Assembly (NCBI GenBank): GCA_963677485.1
Contig: OY781964.1
Coordinates: 1,152,001-1,216,000, forward strand
DNA length: 64,000 nt
Direction: 5' to 3'
From: Armatimonadota bacterium
Lineage (GTDB): Bacteria > Armatimonadota > HRBIN16
Shown: positions 59,012 through 64,000 of the stretch, one piece after another
Numbering within the stretch: position 1 is the first letter of the stretch
How the letters are laid out: each line of letters begins with the position of its first letter
Notes under the pieces: generated by a model
Database searches by the model: none
What the model was told of the DNA's origin: nothing
Seen by the model: the letters and a program-made list of their open reading frames with translations, nothing else
Position numbers and translations under genes: made by a program

Positions 59012-61048
59012 ATGCCAGCCATACTACCAACCAATATCAGCCAGTATCAACCCGCGGCTCTAGTGCGTTGGGCGGACCAACACGCGGGTCCCTGGAATGT
59101 CACATTACCAAATGGTCGGCAGATTCGTCTCTCCGCTGTTCGCAATGGCAGACCACTTCTGCTGGGAACAGACAACCTCAATGCAGCCAAGACCGGTAGC
59201 GTTGTGCCACTATGGCCCAGTGTGAGCAACCCTAATGGATTGGACGGCACAGGGATACGGTTGGGCCTGTTTGAGGGCACTATTCCGCTAAGCACCCACC
59301 CGGAGCTGGCGGGTCGATGTCAGGTGTTCAACTCCACCAACGGCACCCACACCACGCATGTGGCTGGCACGCTTATTGCGCAGGGCTTGAACCCCGCAGC
59401 CAAAGGAATGGCCCCCAACGCCAGTATTAGCTGCTATAGCTGGAACAACGATGTATCGACCATCATCAGCCTGCCATCGGATATTGGAATCACAAACCAC
59501 AGTTACAGCCTGAGGATTGGATGGGACTTCAATTCTAGAGGTGACAACCGTTGGTTTTGGGCAGGCGACCCCTCTATGTCCATTGACGAGGATACGGACT
59601 TCGGGCGATATGATTCCACAGCTAGAGAATGGGACCAATCCCTTTATGCCAACCAGAACGTGCTTGCCTGCCGTTCTGCTGGGAATGACCGTTTGCAGGG
59701 GCCGTCGTCGCAACCTGTAGAACACTGGGTGTGGGATACAAACCTGGGGCAATATGTGCTCAGCACTGATGTTCGCCAACTGGATGGGGGGCCCAATGGT
59801 TACCGATCTATACATGACGCAGGTTGTGCTAAGAATGTGCTCACCGTAGGCAGTGTGGCCGATATTGTGCCGCCGGTTACAGAACAGACGGTGCTGTCAC
59901 CAAGCTCTTTCAGCAGTTGCGGGCCCACCGACGACGGGCGTATAAAGCCTGATATCTCGGGTAACGGAGAGGCATTGACGAGTAGTTTCTACGACTCAAA
60001 AATGGCACCAACATATTCGGCTATGAGCGGAACCTCGATGGCCAGTCCTGCTGTAGCCGGAGGGTTGGCGTTGGTGCTGCAACGCTACCGGCAGCTGCAC
60101 CCGGGTGTGGTGTTGTCAGCCGCGGCCTTAAAGGCGCTGGCTATTCATACCGCCAACGGTGGTCTGCAAGGCCCCAACTACCGCACAGGTTGGGGCGTTC
60201 TCAGCGCGCAATCCGCAGTCAATCTTATAAACGACGAATCGTCGGGCAGGTCAATGCTGACCCAGACTAGCCTCACATCAAGCCTGACGAAGCAGTGGCA
60301 GCTCTATCACCCCGGTGGAAATTTCCGCGCCACGCTGTGCTGGTCCGACCCTGCCGCTCCAGAGCAGACGAACCACAACGACAGTACCGCTCGTCTGGTG
60401 GTCGATCTCGACCTGCTGGTGACTGGAGCCAATGGCAGTATCTACCCGTGGACACTCACGCCGTCTCAGCCTGAGCTGAAGGCTGTGAAGGGCATCAACA
60501 ACCGCGACAACGTAGAGAGGGTAGATGCGTTGGACCTGCCTGCGGGATATTACACCGTCAGTGTGAGTTGCCAGAACCTGCCTGCGCAATACAAACCATT
60601 CGCCTTTTCACTGGCAGTCAGCGGCATCTGCGTACCTGCAACAAACCTGCTTCTGAATGTCTCACCCAATATCTATATAGGTGACAGAAGCACCGTGCCG
60701 GTTTCTGTTGAAGTCACTGCTCCTGGAATGCACATCGTACGCAGCACAGATATGCAAAACACGATGGAGATCTCGGGTATCCCTTTGGGCAGTGGACAGC
60801 TTAGCATCACTTCACCTCATTTCCTTAGGCGTGTGATTGGGTTTGAATCCGCAGGGAATGACCTCACTCTGAATACAGTGATGACGAACGGTGATGCAGA
60901 TGGTAGTGGCAGCATCGATTTGTTTGACTTCGTGGAACTGGATAGGAACTTCGGTGGCACCGTCGGGGATATTGACGGCGATGGCCGTGTAAACCTATTT
61001 GACTACGTGGTACTGGATGTAGGGTTTGGTGCCGTGGCGGACCAGTAG
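59012..61048 (+). CDS. S8 (subtilisin-like) serine peptidase with C-terminal dockerin-like module
   Basis: 'HTTHVAGT', 'SAGND', 'GPTDDGRIKPDI', 'SGTSMASP', terminal 'GDADGSGSIDLFDF...GDIDGDGRVNLFDY'. Confidence 0.88.
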   Translation: MPAILPTNISQYQPAALVRWADQHAGPWNVTLPNGRQIRLSAVRNGRPLLLGTDNLNAAKTGSVVPLWPSVSNPNGLDGTGIRLGLFEGTIPLSTHPELAGRCQVFNSTNGTHTTHVAGTLIAQGLNPAAKGMAPNASISCYSWNNDVSTIISLPSDIGITNHSYSLRIGWDFNSRGDNRWFWAGDPSMSIDEDTDFGRYDSTAREWDQSLYANQNVLACRSAGNDRLQGPSSQPVEHWVWDTNLGQYVLSTDVRQLDGGPNGYRSIHDAGCAKNVLTVGSVADIVPPVTEQTVLSPSSFSSCGPTDDGRIKPDISGNGEALTSSFYDSKMAPTYSAMSGTSMASPAVAGGLALVLQRYRQLHPGVVLSAAALKALAIHTANGGLQGPNYRTGWGVLSAQSAVNLINDESSGRSMLTQTSLTSSLTKQWQLYHPGGNFRATLCWSDPAAPEQTNHNDSTARLVVDLDLLVTGANGSIYPWTLTPSQPELKAVKGINNRDNVERVDALDLPAGYYTVSVSCQNLPAQYKPFAFSLAVSGICVPATNLLLNVSPNIYIGDRSTVPVSVEVTAPGMHIVRSTDMQNTMEISGIPLGSGQLSITSPHFLRRVIGFESAGNDLTLNTVMTNGDADGSGSIDLFDFVELDRNFGGTVGDIDGDGRVNLFDYVVLDVGFGAVADQ

Positions 61049-61309
61049 ATAGCCTTGCATTTTATGAGATTGTGCTCCCCGTAGGTGGCTGCAGGAGCTG
61101 GGATTCTTGGTGCGGCATCGGCCCCAGTTCTCGAAATCTTGGCTCACAACAGCACGGTGACATCCCTGGTTTCACCAAAGGATGCCATGGTTTTTGGAGC
61201 ACGGCTATGACCCAGCGTTACATCAACCATATAAAATGTAACTATGGAAGTCGTTTATTAGTGCCAAATTCTTTGAACCAATGGAATATGATGCGTTACC
61301 ATGAGTCTA

Positions 61310-61323
61310 GGCAACATGTTGCC
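61310..61323. promoter_or_regulatory. 14-bp palindrome, candidate LacI-type operator
   Basis: GGCAACATGTTGCC lies just upstream of the RBS of the DUF1559 gene. Confidence 0.45.
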
Positions 61324-61350
61324 ACTAAAACTCTGGAGGACAAACACCTA

Positions 61351-62115
61351 ATGAAACGTCAAGGTTTTACCTTGATCGAGCTACTTGTGGTTATCGCTAT
61401 TATCGCAATATTGGCTGCAATTCTGTTCCCTGTATTTGCTCAAGCCCGAGTCAAGGCGAAAACGGCAGCATGCCTCAGCAATAGCAAACAGCTTGCCCTT
61501 GGTCTCAGCATGTATGCTGATGATTATGATGATGCTTACCCCAAAGGCGCGTTCTGGATTGCTAATATAACGCAAGACATGGTGCCTGTATCTGGTATCA
61601 CCACCGCCGTCACCTGGGCCGATGTATTATTACCTTATGCAAAATCGAAAGCCATGTTTGCCTGTCCCAGCCGCCCGCAAGCGGGTAAAGTAGCTGGAAC
61701 ATGGGGCGGACCATGGAAAAACAGTTGTGGATTCGGCTTCAATGAATGGGGCTGGAACACAGTGGGCAACAATCCATCATTGAGTTCCGTTGCTAACCCA
61801 TCGGACGCCATCATTCTAACTGAAATCGACATGGCCATCCCAGACGCCGGAACCCACTGGTTCGCGCCACAGGCTGGCTCCGGCGGCTATTTCGTGAATG
61901 CGGCGAAAGCGCATAACTACCGCATGAACTTCGCCTTCTGCGATGGTCACGCTAAGGCATTGAAACCCCGCCAGACCATCAGCCCCAAGATGATGTGGAA
62001 CTGCACCGGCACCTACCCATTTACCATTAACGCATGGAATGGCCAGCAAGCCGCCACTGAAGATGAAGCCGTGGCAATTGCCACAAGTTGGACCGTCAAC
62101 ACACTCGACTTCTAG
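61351..62115 (+). CDS. Prepilin-type N-terminal cleavage/methylation protein with DUF1559 and H-X9-DG domains
   Basis: MKRQG|[28 protein letters not shown], 'HNYRMNFAFCDGHAK'. GGAGGA RBS. Confidence 0.92.
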   Translation: MKRQGFTLIELLVVIAIIAILAAILFPVFAQARVKAKTAACLSNSKQLALGLSMYADDYDDAYPKGAFWIANITQDMVPVSGITTAVTWADVLLPYAKSKAMFACPSRPQAGKVAGTWGGPWKNSCGFGFNEWGWNTVGNNPSLSSVANPSDAIILTEIDMAIPDAGTHWFAPQAGSGGYFVNAAKAHNYRMNFAFCDGHAKALKPRQTISPKMMWNCTGTYPFTINAWNGQQAATEDEAVAIATSWTVNTLDF

Positions 62116-62140
62116 AGCTTCGACTAAGGCAAACCTTAGA

Positions 62141-62172
62141 GGTCGACGGAAGCAATTCCGTCGACCTTCTTC
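62141..62172 (+). terminator. Intrinsic terminator
   Basis: GGTCGACGGAA-GCAA-TTCCGTCGACC followed by TTCTTC. Confidence 0.65.
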
Positions 62173-62297
62173 ATTCGATGCAAACATGCTTCCCTTATCT
62201 CGATGCTGATCGATTGACGGCACGGGGATAAATCATGCATACTTTTGATACAGGGAGTCGAGATTCCCGCACTACAATCGGCACACAGGAGAAGAAG

Positions 62298-62822
62298 ATG
62301 AGTGAACAAACGCGCAAATACAGGTTTACTTGGGATCTTGTGGGTGATATCAAGGAAGGCCGTCCGAATCTAGGCCCCAATCTGCGTATCGAACTGTACC
62401 GTATGATGCAGTTTTCCATCCGTGATGTGATGGAGCAAAGAATTGGCTCCGAAGATACCGATCGGTTGTTTTATGATGCTGGCTATCTGGCTGCAAAGGT
62501 GTTCTATGATACTTACCTATCTGAGACCACCGACCTAAAGATGTTTATTGCCAGTTTACAGCAGCTCATGAGAGAATCAGGTATGGGTGTGCTTCGTGTG
62601 GAGAAGGCAGACATGGAGGCCGGTGAACTGATGTTGACTGTGTCTGAGGACCTCGATTGTTCTGGTCTGCCGGTACTTGACTACGAAATCTGCCATTACG
62701 ACGAGGGGTTCATCGCGGCCCTTCTTGAGCGGTTTTCCGGTAAGAAGTTTATCGTTCGGGAAATCGACTGCTGGTGTACGGGTGATCGCACCTGCAGGTT
62801 CCATGCTGTTGCAGAGAAATAA
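62298..62822 (+). CDS. V4R (4-vinyl reductase) domain protein
   Basis: 'GRPNLG', 'EDLDCSGLP', 'CHYDEGFIA', 'EIDCWCTGDRTCRF'. Confidence 0.85.
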   Translation: MSEQTRKYRFTWDLVGDIKEGRPNLGPNLRIELYRMMQFSIRDVMEQRIGSEDTDRLFYDAGYLAAKVFYDTYLSETTDLKMFIASLQQLMRESGMGVLRVEKADMEAGELMLTVSEDLDCSGLPVLDYEICHYDEGFIAALLERFSGKKFIVREIDCWCTGDRTCRFHAVAEK

Positions 62823-64000
62823 TGAGTGAAATAAGTTCGGAACAGGCTCTATCAGTCATAGAACAACTACGGCAATACGTCCTCTCTCAACAAGAACCAC
62901 TTGATGCCGCAGTGCATGAGAAACTTCGGGATTTGTGCCAACTGTCATTTACGACACTGCCAGATACGGATGCGCAGGCACTGTCTGACATAGAGATCAA
63001 TACCTTGTTTGAACCTGTTGAGAAGCTCTTCATATCAAGCAAACTACCGGATGTAGAACCTCAGTTTCCGGAGAACGCTCAGTCCCTGCTAAGGGTATAT
63101 AAACAGATCGAAAAACTCCGCGCCCACATCATGGCTCTGGCCAAAGGTGATTTGAATCACCGACTAGATATTAACGGCTATGTTGCCGGTGCGGTGAAGA
63201 CGCTTCAAGCCAACCTTCGCCATCTAACCTGGCAGACACAGCAAGTAGCTGCTGGCGATTTTAGCCAGCGTGTGGATTTCATGGGTGAGTTCGCCACCGG
63301 TTTCAACAGCATGATCGTGCAGCTTGACGAGATGACCAACCAGTTGAAGGACCGCAACAGCCAATTGCAGCAAGAGGTGAACGCCCGCCACAAGGCTGAA
63401 AATGAGTTGAATCGCGCCTTAAGCCATCTGCAGGCGGTCAACGACGACCTTCAAAGTTTCGCATATGTAATCTCCCATGACCTTAAGGCACCGTTGCGGG
63501 GTATTGTTTCTATCGCAACTTGGATACAGCAGGATTACGATCCAATACTAGACGAATCGGGTAAGGAGCAGCTTAGCCTGCTAGTCGAACGCTCAAAGAA
63601 GCTGACTGAGATGATAGATGGTGTTCTGCATTACAGCCGAATGGGCACCTTGGCCGATAACCACGAGTTGATCAATGTTAAGAATTTGGTGGAGCAGACA
63701 TTCAACCTATTGGATCCACCGACAACAATCAAGCTGGTGATTGATGCTGACCTGCCGGAAATCACGGCCGATCCGGTGAGGATATCGCAGCTCTACCAGA
63801 ACCTGATGAGCAACGCCGTGCGCTATATCGACAAACCGGAAGGTGTGATTACTGTAGGCCTACGGCATGGTGAAGAGACGGTGTTTACCGTAGCCGACAA
63901 CGGACCAGGCATATGCGAGAAGGAGCAGACACGTATCTTCGAGCTGTTCCAAACCGGAACCGCCAAAGCAGAAGGCAGCACCGGCGTGGGTCTGGCCGTG
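62822..64000 (+). CDS. Sensor histidine kinase (HAMP-HisKA-HATPase), 3'-truncated by the window end
   Basis: Translated from ATG 62822 (TAATG overlap): 'LQANLRHLTWQTQQVAAGDFSQRVDFMGEF', H-box 'FAYVISHDLKAPLRGI', 'NLMSNAVRY', 'VADNGPGI', 'GVGLA'. Confidence 0.9.
   Translation, partial: MSEISSEQALSVIEQLRQYVLSQQEPLDAAVHEKLRDLCQLSFTTLPDTDAQALSDIEINTLFEPVEKLFISSKLPDVEPQFPENAQSLLRVYKQIEKLRAHIMALAKGDLNHRLDINGYVAGAVKTLQANLRHLTWQTQQVAAGDFSQRVDFMGEFATGFNSMIVQLDEMTNQLKDRNSQLQQEVNARHKAENELNRALSHLQAVNDDLQSFAYVISHDLKAPLRGIVSIATWIQQDYDPILDESGKEQLSLLVERSKKLTEMIDGVLHYSRMGTLADNHELINVKNLVEQTFNLLDPPTTIKLVIDADLPEITADPVRISQLYQNLMSNAVRYIDKPEGVITVGLRHGEETVFTVADNGPGICEKEQTRIFELFQTGTAKAEGSTGVGLAV

Overview
GC-rich bacterial chromosomal segment, most likely Armatimonadota (inferred from two prepilin-like DUF1559 proteins with the 'LFPVFAQAR' signature and a recurrent dockerin-like C-terminal module). 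Housekeeping and metabolic genes: recC-recB-recD, split B12-dependent methionine synthase + rubredoxin + YitJ, kdsA, ABC-F, transaldolase, aldo/keto reductase, an isolated dnaA, an N6-adenine DNA methyltransferase, several CAZymes (GH78, GH4, PL8, unclassified GH-like), surface proteins and a V4R/histidine-kinase pair. Intergenic spaces are densely filled with REP/MITE-like palindromes and 7-9-nt microrepeats. Two observations stand out. (1) A TPP riboswitch with a terminator controls a coupled operon DUF1559 pilin-like protein - thiamine pyrophosphokinase - Na+/solute symporter, which suggests a pilin-based thiamine capture/uptake system. (2) A eukaryote-like ERI1/3'hExo exonuclease is fused to four ZRANB2/FUS-type RanBP2 RNA-binding zinc fingers and has its catalytic His replaced by Asp. 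All calls are from motif recognition by eye; no database search was run.
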